From Macrostomum lignano (taxonomy: Eukaryota), in contig NIVC01001205.1 in NCBI GenBank assembly GCA_002269645.1, positions 186,001 to 250,000 of the forward strand: a stretch of DNA of 64,000 bases, read 5' to 3'. Shown here in pieces: positions 43,108 through 55,900 of this stretch. The notes beneath the pieces are model-generated. The model searched no databases. It was given only the letters and a program-made list of their open reading frames with translations, and had not been told where the DNA came from. The stretch's first letter is position 1. Each line of letters begins with the position of its first letter. Both the position numbers and the translations under genes were made by a program.

Positions 43108-44584
43108 ATGGAGGACAATTCACCAGCAGCTTTGCAAAACTCATTCAATGTTGAAGAAGTATCGCAAATTATCAAGGAAGGCATTGAGTCCAGCATTGGC
43201 ACTAGTCAGTATCAACAGAACAAGGTTAATCAGTGGACTTCCGCAATTATTGAGCACTGCTTGAATCATCTCACTAGGCTTGGTAAGTAGGTTGGTTACT
43301 CCACTAATTCCCCGTTAATCTGCTTAGAGTGATGCACATTCCCCATTAATCTGCAGAGATGTACATTCCCCATTGATCTACAGAGATGCACATTCCCCAA
43401 TGATCTACAGAGATGCACATTCCCCATTGATCTACAGAGATGCACATTCCCCATTGATCTACAGAGATGTACATTCCCCATTGATCTACAGAGATGCACA
43501 TTCCCGATTGATCTACAGAGATGTACATTCCCCATTGATCTACAGAGATGTACATTCCCCATTGATCTACAGAGATGCACATTCCCATTGATCTACAGAG
43601 ATGTACATTCCCCATTGATCTACAGAGATGTACATTCCCCATTGATCTACAGAGATGTACATTCCCCATTGATCTACAGAGATGTACATTCCCGATTGAT
43701 CTACAGAGATGTACATTCCCCATTGATCTACAGAGATGTACATTCCCCATTGATCTACAGAGATGTACATTCCCGATTGATCTACAGAGATGTACATTCC
43801 CCATTGATCTACAGAGATGTACATTCCCCATTGATCTACAGAGATGTACATTCCCCATTGATCTACAGAGATGTACATTCCCCATTGTTCTACAGAGATG
43901 TACATTCCCCATTGATCTGCAGAGATGTACATTCCCCATTGATCTGCAGAGATGTACATTCCCCATTGATCTACAGAGATGTACATTCCCCATTGATCTA
44001 CAGAGATGTACATTCCCCATTGATCTACAGAGATGTACATTCCCCATTGATCTACAGAGATGTACATTCCCCATTGATCTACAGAGATGTACATTCCCCA
44101 TTGTTCTACAGAGATGTACATTCCCCATTGATCTGCAGAGATGTACATTCCCCATTGATCTGCAGAGATGTACATTCCCCATTGATCTACAGAGATGTAC
44201 ATTCCCCATTGATCTACAGAGATGTACATTCCCCATTGATCTACAGAGATGTACATTCCCCATTGATCTACAGAGATGTACATTCCCCATTGATCTACAG
44301 AGATGTACATTCCCCATTGATCTACAGAGATGTACATTCCCCATTGATCTGCAGAGATGCACATTCCCCATTGATCTACAGAGATGTACATTCCCCATTG
44401 ATCTCACCCCACAGAGAAGCCATTCAAATACGTGGTCAACTGCGTCATCATGCAGAAAAACGGTGCTGGACTGCACACAGCCTCCTCGTGTTTCTGGGAC
44501 AGCCAGACTGACGGATCCTGCACCATCAAGTGGGAGAGCAAAACTATGCACGCTATTGTGAATGTGTTCGCGCTGGCTATTTGA
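43108..44584 (+). CDS. DYNLT1: Dynein light chain Tctex-type (DYNLT1/3-like), 114 aa; exons 43108-43282 and 44415-44584
   Basis: [19 protein letters not shown]...YQQNKVNQW, and [44 protein letters not shown]. Donor GTAAGT at 43283 and acceptor CCACAG at 44414, phase 1. Confidence 0.95.
43330..44405. repeat. 27-bp intronic minisatellite GATCTACAGAGATGTACATTCCCCATT
   Basis: About 39 units filling the DYNLT intron. Confidence 0.97.
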
Positions 44585-45129
44585 GGTGCAAGAATTTTTT
44601 TATTAAAGTCAAATCGTTAGTTTTTATCAATCGACAAAGAGTAGAATGTGTAGACGTCATTCATTATTGACTGAGCATTCTGTCTATCGAATTACAAGTA
44701 CTTCTCAAGCAGTTCTGGGTCTTTTTTTTTAAATTTTGTCAAAAGAAACAATACTTGCCATTAATATTTTGATTCCACAGTCGCTACTTTTGTCAGTAGT
44801 ATTAATACAAGTAGAGAGTCAGGCGTCATCACTGAATAAATGTATATATACATATGCTTATATTAATTTTTATGCTAATTATAAAATCTCTGTTAATTGG
44901 TTTGCGGGCATCTAGCCTAGTCTTAACTGTTATCTTATAGCCTACAATGTATCAATCAAATGTGATTATAAATTTCACTGTTAACATTACATTTATGGTC
45001 AGCTTGTTTTTAATCTTCCACGAGTTAATTGTTTTAAACTGCAAACCGATTTTATATGCTAATCAATAATTACTAAAAATGTTATCAGTCAGCTTAAATC
45101 GTATTTTTGACTTCAGCGTTTGTTTTTTT

Positions 45130-46670
45130 CCAGGAAATATATTAAAATCTCCTATGAGAATCGCCCTCCCTACACTGCAATCTCCCATGAGAATCGCCCC
45201 ATCCCACACTTCAATCTCCCATGAGAATCGCCCCACCCCACACTGCAATCTCCCATGAGAAATCGCCCCACCCCACACTGCAATCTCCCGTGAGAATCGC
45301 CCCACCCCACACTTCAATCTTTCATGAGAATCGCCCCAATTAAAATCTCCCATGATAATCGCCCCAATTTAAATCTCCCATGATAATCGCCCCAATTTAA
45401 ATCTCCCATGAGAATCGCCCCAATTTAAATCTCCTATGAAAATCGCCCCAATTAAAATCTCCCATGATAATCGCCCCAATTTAAATCTCCCATGAGAATC
45501 GCCCCAATTTAAATCTCCTATGAAAATCGCCCCAATGTAAATCTCACATGAGAATCGCTCCAATGTAAATCTCACATGAGAATCGCTCCAATGTAAATCT
45601 CACATGAGAATCGCTCCAATGTAAATCTCACATGAGAATCGCTCCAATGTAAATCTCACATGAGAATCGCTCCAATGTAAATCTCCCATGAGAATCGCTC
45701 CAATGTAAATCTCCTATGAGAATCGCTTCAATGTAAATCTCACATGAGAATCGCTCCAATGTAAATCTCCCATGAGAATCGCTTCAATGTAAATCTCCCA
45801 TGAGAATCGCTTCAATGTAAATCTCCCATGAGAATCGCTTCAATGTAAATCTCCCATGAGAATCGCCCCCCCCCACAATTCAATCTCCTATGAGAATCGC
45901 TTCAATGTAAATCTCCTATGAGAATCGCTTCAATGTAAATCTCCCATGAGAATCGCCCCCAACAAGTCAATCTCCTATGAGAATCGCTTCAATGTAAATC
46001 TCCCATGAGAATCGCCCCCCACAATTCAATCTCCTATGAGAATCGCTTCAATGTAAATCTCCTATGAGAATCGCTTCAATGTAAATCTCCCATGAGAATC
46101 GCCCCCAACAAGTCAATCTCCTATGAGAATCGCTTCAATGTAAATCTCCCATGAGAATCGCCCCCAACAAGTCAATCTCCTATGAGAATCGCTTCAATGT
46201 AAATCTCCCATGAGAATCGCCCCCAACAAGTCAATCTCCTATGAGAATCGCTTCAATGTAAATCTCCCATGAGAATCGCCCCCCACAATTCAATCTCCTA
46301 TGAGAATCGCTTCAATGTAAATCTCCCATGAGAATCGCCCCCCACAATTCAATCTCCTATGAGAATCGCTTCAATGTAAATCTCCCATGAGAATCGCCCC
46401 CCACAATTCAATCTCCTATGAGAATCGCTTCAATGTAAATCTCCCATGAGAATCGCCCCCACAATTCAATCTCCTATGAGAATCGCTTCAATGTAAATCT
46501 CCCATGAGAATCGCCCCCCACAATTCAATCTCCTATGAGAATCGCTTCAATGTAAATCTCCCATGAGAATCGCCCCCCACAATTCAATCTCCTATGAGAA
46601 TCGCTTCAATGTAAATCTCCCATGAGAATCGCCCCCCACAATTCAATCTCCTATGAGAATCGCTCCAGTT
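45130..46670. repeat. 28-31-bp minisatellite (TGAGAATCGC..AATGTAAATCTCCCA) evolving into an alternating dimer
   Basis: Monomers on the left; alternating two-unit pattern from about 45850. Confidence 0.95.
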
Positions 46671-46745
46671 TAAACCTTCTATGAAAATGGCTATCTACTG
46701 TAACCTAATTTTGCTGAACAGCGTTAAAACTCTCAGAAATGCTCA

Positions 46746-49700
46746 ATGGATTACTCAGATGAGCTGTCAAATCTTCACAAACTTCGCAGTCAGGTATGCG
46801 ATCGAATCACAGCTCACCTCGGCCCTGGTGGTGTTGTCACTCCAGACAACAAACAGCGAGTGTCCGGTTGGGATAAACTATTCGACTTTGTCTGCCACCA
46901 ATCTCCTTGCGTCTCCGTGCCCGCCTGTCAAAGCTGCATTGGATTGGTTGCTAACGGCAAATTCTCTTCAAGCTTTCTGCTGCAAGCTCTGCTCAGCTGT
47001 TCTGCTTATAAAACTGACTTCTTCGGTCTGGCTCTCTTAGCTGCTGAGTTGGATAATTTAAAGGGACTTGATGGAGCAGCTGTGGAGTCTGGGGAGTCTG
47101 CACTTCTACAATTGGCCAGGTATAGGAGCTGTGTGCACCCTGGTGCACTCTAATTAGCGACATTATCACCAGGGGCGTCGCTATGGATTTTATGGTGGGG
47201 GACTAAGTCAAGCATTCTACATAACTAAATTTCTACATTATTTTTTTTGGTAATCGGCCTTGTTAGCACTCATTTTGGCGCCGCAGGCACTCATTTTGGC
47301 GCCTAGGGTGAGATTGTATATGAGATTCCCTACCGCCTAGAGTGAGATTGTCTGTGAGATTCCCTATCGCCTAGGGTGAGATTGTGAGATTCCCTACTGC
47401 CTAGGCGGAGATTTTGCGATTTCCTACCGCCTAGGGTGAGATTGTGAGATTTCCTACTGCCTAGGGTAAGATTGTGAGATTCCTCACCGCCTAGGGTGAG
47501 ATTGTGAGATTCCCTTCTGCCTAGGGTAAGATTGTGAGATTCCTCACCGCCTAGGGTGAGATTGTCTATGAGATTCCCTACTGCTTAGGGTAAGATTGTG
47601 AGATTCCTTACCGCCTAGGGTGAGATTGTCTATGAGATTCCCTACTGCCTAGGGTAAGATTGTGAGATTCCTCACTGCCTAGGGTGAGATTGTCTATGAG
47701 ATTCCCTACTGCTTAGGGTAAGATTGTGAGATTCCTTACCGCCTAGGGTGAGATTGTGAGATTCTCTACTGCCTTTTCGATTTCAATAAAATTTAAAGTA
47801 CATGTCATCGGCAGAACCTCTCTGAACCACCCTCTGCCCACCAGGCGAGACCGCTGCAACCTCGATCAGGTGGTCCAAGCCGTCGCTTGCTGTTGCCATG
47901 GCAACCCGGCCAATCTCGAACAGTTCCTAGCAACAGGATCCTCATTCTTCACCGACTGTCTTACCGAGCTCAATCGACCAGGAAATACCTTAGCCATCCG
48001 TCTGAGCATTCTCGACCTGTTAGAATCGTTTTATAACAATTCACTGATTGTTTACGATTTGCTTAGCAACGCCTTAGCAACGGTCGTTGAGCGTCAAGCG
48101 TCGGACGCCGAGACTCTGGCCTACGCTTGGCTACTGATAGAGCGACTCAGCGAGCGGTGGCAGGCGGGAGAGCTTACTCTGTGCAAGCGATTCACCCTGC
48201 TAATCTCATGTGTTCACTGCCTCTGCTCCAGTCTGTCTGTCGGTTGTCGAATTCCAAAGTACGCGTTGGACTTTTTAATTAGACAACTAAAACCGGACGA
48301 TAAAGATTGCGTAGTTGCTAGGCGGTTTCTAGGGGCGTATTTGTTAATATCGGCGGCTAGTTTATTGTTGCCAGGCTGGTGGGCCGCCTGTCCGGACCTG
48401 TGGAAGTTGATGGAGTTGGCTATCGAGAGCGCGCCCAGGGCCTGGATGGCTGGGCACGTCTACCTGCCCTTGATTGCCTGCCTGTCCATTCGAGGAATCG
48501 GTTGCTTGGACTCTGATAGCGAGGGTAAATCTCCCTTGAATGCGAACACGAAAGGTCATAGTCACTGACAGCGAAAGACAAGAAAGGTCACAGCTAGTAC
48601 CACTGACAAGGAAGGTCAAATAAGGACACAGCTATTATCACTGACATGGAAGGACAAGAAAGGGTCACATAGTCACTGATCACTGACAGGGAATGATAAG
48701 AAAGGGTCACATAGTCACTGATCACTGACAAAGAAGGACAAGAAAGGGTCACATAGTCACTGATCACTGACAGGGAATGATAAGAAAGGGTCACATAGTC
48801 ACTGATCACTGACAGGGAAGGACAAGAAAGGGTCACATAGTCACTGATCACTGACAGGAAAGGACAAGAAAGGTCACAGCTATTGTCACTGACAGGGAAG
48901 GACAAGAAAGGGTCACAGCTATTGTCACTGACAGGGAAGGACAAAATAAGTCACAGCTAATCACTGACAGGGAAGGACAAAAAGGTCACAGCTATTGTCA
49001 CTGACAGGGAAGGACAAAATAAGTCACAGCTAATCACTGACAGGGAAGGACAAAAAGGTCACAGCTATTGTCACTGACAGGGAAGGACAAAAAAGGTCAC
49101 AGCTATTGTCACTGACAGAGAATGACAAGAAAGGTCACAGCTATTGTCACTGACAGGGAAGGACAAGAAAGGTCACAGCTATTGTCACTGACAGCGAAGG
49201 ACAAGAAAGGTCACAGCTATTGTCACTGACAGGGAAGGACAAGAAAGGTCACAGCTATTGTCACTGACAGCGAAGGACAAGAAAGGTCACAGCTATTGTC
49301 ACTGACAGGGAAGGACAAGAAAGGTCACCATCTCCCCCTCCCCTCCCAGCCTCGGCGGCCAGTGCTAGCAGCTGCTCAGCCATAGCAACCCGCCTACTCG
49401 AGAGCCGCCTGGGCCAGCCGGACTCGCCGCTGCCAGACCCCCCTCCAGCAGACGATATGCCCGACTTGCTAATCTCCGTGCTCACTAATCCGGACAGTTT
49501 TCCAACAGCATCTCAGCTGTCAGTAGTGAAGTTAATCTGTGGTTTAGCCAAGCTGGACAATAAGTCGGAGGCTGAGTTCAACCGTCGATGCGAGCGCGTT
49601 TGGCTGGACGCGGAGGTCGATTTGGCTACGTCGTTGCAGCACCGATTGACCCGATTGGCTCCGCTGGCTAGCCAGTTGCTATGGCCATGTCGTTCGGTTG

Positions 49701-52513
49701 CCAGCTACCGGCTGGCTCTGAGCTCTATGCTCACCCAGCTGACCAGATTATCTGCTGGCGGCAGTGACAATAGGCTGGCGCAGTCGCTGCCGTTGGCTCT
49801 GCTGTTGCACCAGATGCGATGGCATCGGCAGCCGCGACTGCTGGCTGTGGCTCTGGACTGTTTAGGCGATCTGGCTGGCACAGCCGCCGCCAGCAGAGCC
49901 ATGCAAGCTGCTGTGAGACTGGCTGCTACCTGTTCGGCTGCCTGTTATCCCAGGTAACTTGATTGACCTTTGTTGGCATTGTTGATAGTGTACTTAAATG
50001 ACCCTCGATTACTAGAAATGTACCTAAATGACCTTGAATTACTTAATGTACTTTAATGGCCTTCGATTACTTAAAATGTACTTTATTGGCCCTCGATTAC
50101 TTGAAATGTTCTTTAATGTCCCACGAGTACCTAAAATGTACTTTAATGTCCCACGAGTACCTAAAATGTACTTTAATAGCCATCGATTACTTAAAATGTA
50201 CTTTAATAGCCCTCGATTACCTAAATGTACTTTAATAGCCCTCGATTACCTAAATGTACTTTAATAGCCCTCGATTACTTAAAATGTACCTTAATGGCCC
50301 TCGATTACTAGAAATGTTCTTAAATTACCCCCGATGACTAGAAATGCCCTTAATGACCCCCAATTACTAGAAATGTGCTTGAAGTACTTTCGATACTAGA
50401 AATGTACCCTAATGGCCTTTAATAACTTGATGCACTTTAATGGCCCTGGATTACTTAAGTGTACTTTAATAGAAATCGATTAATTAAAATGTACTTTATT
50501 AGCCAACAATTGCTTGAAGTGTACTTTCATGACCCTCGATTACTAGAAATGTCCTGAAATAACCCTAACGACGTATAATGTACTCTAACGACCTTCGATT
50601 ATTAGAAGTGTACTTAAATTACGCTTAAATATCGCTGATTGTCCTTAATTGACCCCTCCATCCCCGACGCCCCAATCCTCAGCCTTCTTCACTCGGCAGT
50701 GCGGCTCTGGTCCAGAGACGACCGGCTGTTCTCCCAGCTGGAACGGCTGCTGTCCACCTGGCCCAGAGCAGCCGATTCCACCGATAGCAGACGCCTCGAA
50801 CTCGCCCGCTACCGAGCCTACATTCGACTAGCCGAACTGGCACCGAGCCAACGAGCCATTGTCTACTTAGACCGAGTATTTCGCCTAGCAACGGATCCGA
50901 ATTCTCCAGACGAATTAATCGTATTAGCTATTGAATTTATCAGACTGCTGGTGCTAGCTAAGGAGCTGGAGCTGCAGTCTACACTGAGCAGACTGGCTCC
51001 GAATGTCACGGACTCTGGACAGCGGGCCAGTCAGCATTTGCACCGCCGACCGAAACTTCTTGCCGCAATGTGCCGCCTGACTGGCACTGCTGGCTGCGTT
51101 AGACTCGAGACTGAGCAGTATCAGGTAAGCTTTGAATATATGTCTTTTCGATACATATCGGTATACAGATCGCTTGGGCTAGAATGTGCAACCGACGGCT
51201 CAGCCGTAGCTATTAAGCCCATTTTACAGCTGGGTGAACTGAAGCAATGCAGAGAGTTAAAAGCAGGGGTCCGGCCCACAAAGCATCTCTATAGCCCCTC
51301 CATGACTCCCATATTTATCTCCATTTCCAATTTCTTCCTCTATCCGGCCCTCGGGTCTTTTGAAACTTCTCAGTAGCAATCCGGCCCGCTCAAAGTTTGT
51401 CTCTTCTCAGCTCTCTTCTCTCGCCTCTCTATTCTCCTCTCCTTTCCTCTCCTCTCCTTTCCTCTCCTCTCCTCTCCTCTCCTCTCCTCTCCTCTCCTTT
51501 CCTCTCCTCTCCTTTCCTCTCCTCTCCTCTCCTCTCCTTTCCTCTCCTCTCCTCTCCTCTCCTCTCCTCTCCTCTCCTCTCCTCTCCTCTCCTCTCCTCT
51601 CCTCTCCCTTTTCCTCTCCCTTCCCTCCTCTCCTCTCGTCTTTTCTCTTCTATATTTCTTCGCCTCTCCTTATTCCTACTTCTTTTCTCTATTCCCTCCT
51701 CTGGCCCACAGTCATGCATTGGGTTGTCTATCTGGCCCTAGAGGTAAAAAGTTTGCCGACCCCTGGTTAAAAGTGTCTTGCTTAAGGACACAAATTGTTC
51801 CGAGTGGGTGTCGGGAATCGAACCCCCGACCTTCAAGTCGTAAGTTCAACGCTCTGACCACTGAGCTACAACCCCCTTTTTGTAGCTTCACCTTAACCTT
51901 TTTAGCCCCCCCCCCCAAGCACTCATACTCACGCTCACACAAGGTGTACAGAGGCCGTTAATTTTCACCAATCGCAGTCTTTCATCGCCGACCAAGTCAC
52001 CTGGCTGTGGCACCTGGTTGCCGACTCTCCTAAACGGTCGGTGAGCTGCGCCGCCCTGGCTGCGCTTGGCAACTTCCGGTTGGAGGACTTCCGGCCTAGC
52101 AGAGAGGTGCTGGCTCTGTGCGGCTCTCAGCTGCCGCCCGGTTGCTCCGTGGCGCTGCTCACCGACTCTGATGGCACCGCGGATGAGCAGGCCAGCGATA
52201 GGGAGGGGCTGGGCGAGAGACTGCAGCTGCTGCCAGGTGAGGGCTTGGTTCTGTCTGTCTGTCTGTGTGTCTGTCTGTCTGTCTGTCTGTGTGTCTGTCT
52301 GTGTGTCTGTCTGTCTGCCTGTCTGTCTGTCTGTTTGTCTATCTGTCTGCCTGTCTGTCTGTCTGTTTGTCTGTCTGTCTTAGTGTCTGTCTGTCTGTCT
52401 ATCTGTCTGCCTGTCTGTCTGTCTGTCTGTCTATCTGTCTGCCTGCCTGTCTGTCTGTCTGTCTGTCTGTCTGTCTGCCTGTCTGTCTGTGTCTCTGTCT
52501 ATCTGTCTGCTTG

Positions 52514-52585
<72 letters not shown>

Positions 52586-52620
52586 GTCTGCCTGTCTGTC
52601 TGTCTGTCTATCTGTCTGCC

Positions 52621-52681
<61 letters not shown>

Positions 52682-52688
52682 GCCTGCC

Positions 52689-52725
<37 letters not shown>

Positions 52726-52735
52726 GTCTGCCTGC

Positions 52736-52797
<62 letters not shown>

Positions 52798-52892
52798 GCC
52801 TGTCTGTCTGTGTCTCTGTCTATCTGTCTGCCTGTCTGTCTGTCTGTCTGTCTGTCTATCTGTCTGCCTGTCTGTCTGTCTATCTGTCTGCC

Positions 52893-52953
<61 letters not shown>

Positions 52954-55900
52954 GCCTAAGTCCCTCTCTCCCCGCCACCACGCAGGCTCCGTGTGGCCGC
53001 AGATCGCATCCCAGTTCCTGCATGACGAGCTGGATCGGTCCAGCGCCCTCGCCTTCTTATCTGGCCTGGCAACCAAGGAGCTGGCCAGCCTGCCCCATCG
53101 GCACCAGTCCCTGACCAGCCGGTCAGCAGAGCCGGGGCCGCCCAGCCAGTCCAGCAGCCCTCTAGTGAGACACCTGGCATCTCAGGTGCAGTCCCGGCTC
53201 CAGCAGCCCGGAGCGGAGCCGGAGACCGTGTCTCACCTGTGCGACGCCCACCTGCGCGTGTGCCGAAGTCCCATCCTGACCGATCTTCGCCTGCTGGTCA
53301 TCGAGAGCCGCCGGCTGCCGTTCGAGGGGAGCCGCCACTGCCTGCTTGGCATTGTGGAGTCTTGGACAGACTTTGCTGCCAGATTGTTGCAGACTCTGAA
53401 ATCAGCTGACCTGACGGCTGGTCAGGGACCGAAAAAGCAGCAGAGGCCACAGAAGCAGAGCACTGAAGCAGACTGGATGCAATTCGTTGATACCGTGGTG
53501 TCGGCAGCGACCAAAGCGGCACATTGCACCGCGTTTCCTCTGGCCCTGACCGGCCTGGCTGGCGCTCTGACCGCTGCGGCTGGGGAGGCTGCGGGGGGAA
53601 ATCCCAGCTCTGATGGTGAGTGGGGGCGGGAGGAGAGGGCGGGTTCTGGAGTCAGAGGGCGGGCGGATTCTGGGAGGAGAGGGCGGATTCTGGGGGAGAG
53701 GGTGGATTCTGGAGGGAGAGGGCGCATTCTGGAGGGAGAGGGCGGATTCTGGGGGAGAGGGTGGATTCTGGAGGGGAGAGGGCGGATTCTGGGGGAGAGG
53801 GCGGATTCTGGGGAGAGGGCGGATTCTGAAGGAGAGGGCGGATTCTGGAGGGAGAGGGCGGATTCTGGGGAGAGGGCGGATTCTGAGGGAGAGGGCGGAT
53901 TCTGGGGAGAGGGCGGATTCTGAGGGAGAGGGCGGATTCTGGAGGGACAGGGCGGATTCTGGGGAAGAGGGCGGATTCTGGAGGGAAACGGCGGATTCTG
54001 AAGGGTGATAGAGTTTTAAGTAGGGGGCAGATTCCGGGGGAGAAGGCGGATTCTGGGTAGAGGGCGGATCCAAGGACACAGCGGCGGATCCAAGGACACA
54101 GGCGGATCCAAGGACACAGGGGCGGATTCAAGGACACAGGGGCGGATCCAAGGACACAGGGGCGGATTCAAGGACACGGGCGGATTCAAGGACACAGGGG
54201 CGGATTCAAGGACACAAGGGCGGATCCAAGGACACAGGGGCGGATTGAAGGACACAGGTGCGGATCCAAGGACACAGGGGCGGAGTCAAGGACACAGGGG
54301 GCGGAGTCAAGTATTCGACATCACCAGAAAGCCATTCAACCACCTCGCCAGCAGCCGCAGCCAGCTGGTGTCGCAGCCTCTTCAACTCAATCTCAGCCGC
54401 CGCCTTTGGCGATCGACCCGCCGCCCTCGCTACCGGCACCGCGGCCGCCCCCGCCGATGCGGTCCTGTGGCGTCGCGCTGGAGGCGACTCGGTGCTCCGC
54501 TGCGCCGCCCTGCTGTGTCTGCCAGCCGCCTCTGCCGCCGCTGCGGCTGCCGCTGCTGCCACGGCAACCACAGAAGAGCCACCGGACCTGCTAAGCCTGG
54601 CCAGCCGCCTTGTAGCCAGCTTGGAGCAGCAACAGCAACAGCAACATCAGCAATCCCAGCTCTTAGCCGCTACTGGCCTGGCCTGCGGTGACCTGCTCTC
54701 CCGCTGCATATCCAGCTGCCCAGCCTCCGCCGTGGCCCCACTGTGCAGCCGGTTCTCTCGCTGCGCCTTGGCGGGTCCTCCCGGCTCCGGAGGGTCGCTG
54801 CTGGGCCTGGCGAAGCTGGCACCGGCTCTGCTGCTGTCTGGCAGTGCCGACCTGACATCACAATTCAGCCTGACCGCCTCCGAGCTGCTGAAGCATGCTA
54901 ATTATGATAATGAGGATCTCTGCTTAGCTGTCTCCGCTCATCTGGCTTTGGCTTTAGTGTCGGGGCGCGAACTCCGGACCTCATCATCGTCTGAGCAGTC
55001 GTCGGTAAGGGATATTGTAGAGTCTCTGCTGCTGGCTCAGCGGGGGGACACTGCAGGTACTGTTGAGGCGATTTGCGGCACCTCTCGCGGCCTGCTCATC
55101 AGAGCTCTGCTGGCTTTGAGAGACGCTCGGCAGAGCGCTGTGGAGCAGCTGAGGGCTGCCTACCTGCAGCTGCAGCGGGCTGTCAATCACCAGTCTGGGG
55201 ATGGCGGCTTCCACTCAGCTGTTGCTGCACTGGCGGCTGCGCTGGGCTCCGAGTACCAGTGGTGCCGCCTGCCGCTGCCGCCTGCGGCTGTGCGCAGGGC
55301 TGGCCTGTCCGAGGACCGTTACCATGGCGACCTGGCTGCAGCATGGAACGGCACCACGCCTGCTACCGGAGCTGGAGTGGCCTGGATTCTGGGTGAGCTG
55401 CTTAGTGCGTCTGACACCCTGTGACCTGACACCCTGACATCTGACACCCTGACATCTGACACCCTGACATCTGACACCCTGTCACCTGACACCCTGTCAC
55501 CTGACACCCTGACATCTGACACCCTGACATCTGACACCCTGTCATCTGACACCCTGTCATCTGACACCCTGACATCTGACACCCTGACATCTGACACCCT
55601 GTCACCTGACACCCTGTCACCTGACACCCTGACATCTGACACCCTGACATCTGACACCCTGACATCTGACACCATGACATCTGACACCCTGTCACCTGAC
55701 ACCCTGACACCTGACACCCTGACATCTGAAACCCTGACATCTGACACCCTGTCACCTGACACCCTGACATGTGACACCCTGTCACCTGACACCCTGACAT
55801 CTGATACCCTGACATCTGACACCCTGTCACCTGACACCCTGACACCTGATAACATATTACCTGACACCTTGTCACCTGACACCCTATCAACTGGCAACCC

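Noticed and set aside
4245-46670. Regularly spaced 20-48-bp repeats superficially like CRISPR arrays
   Set aside because: Units are head-to-tail with no unique spacers, there are no cas genes, and the context is eukaryotic.
47893-47908. Perfect X-box GTTGCCATGGCAAC
   Set aside because: It lies inside FOCAD coding exon 2 (CCHGN), far from any apparent promoter, so no function can be supported from sequence.
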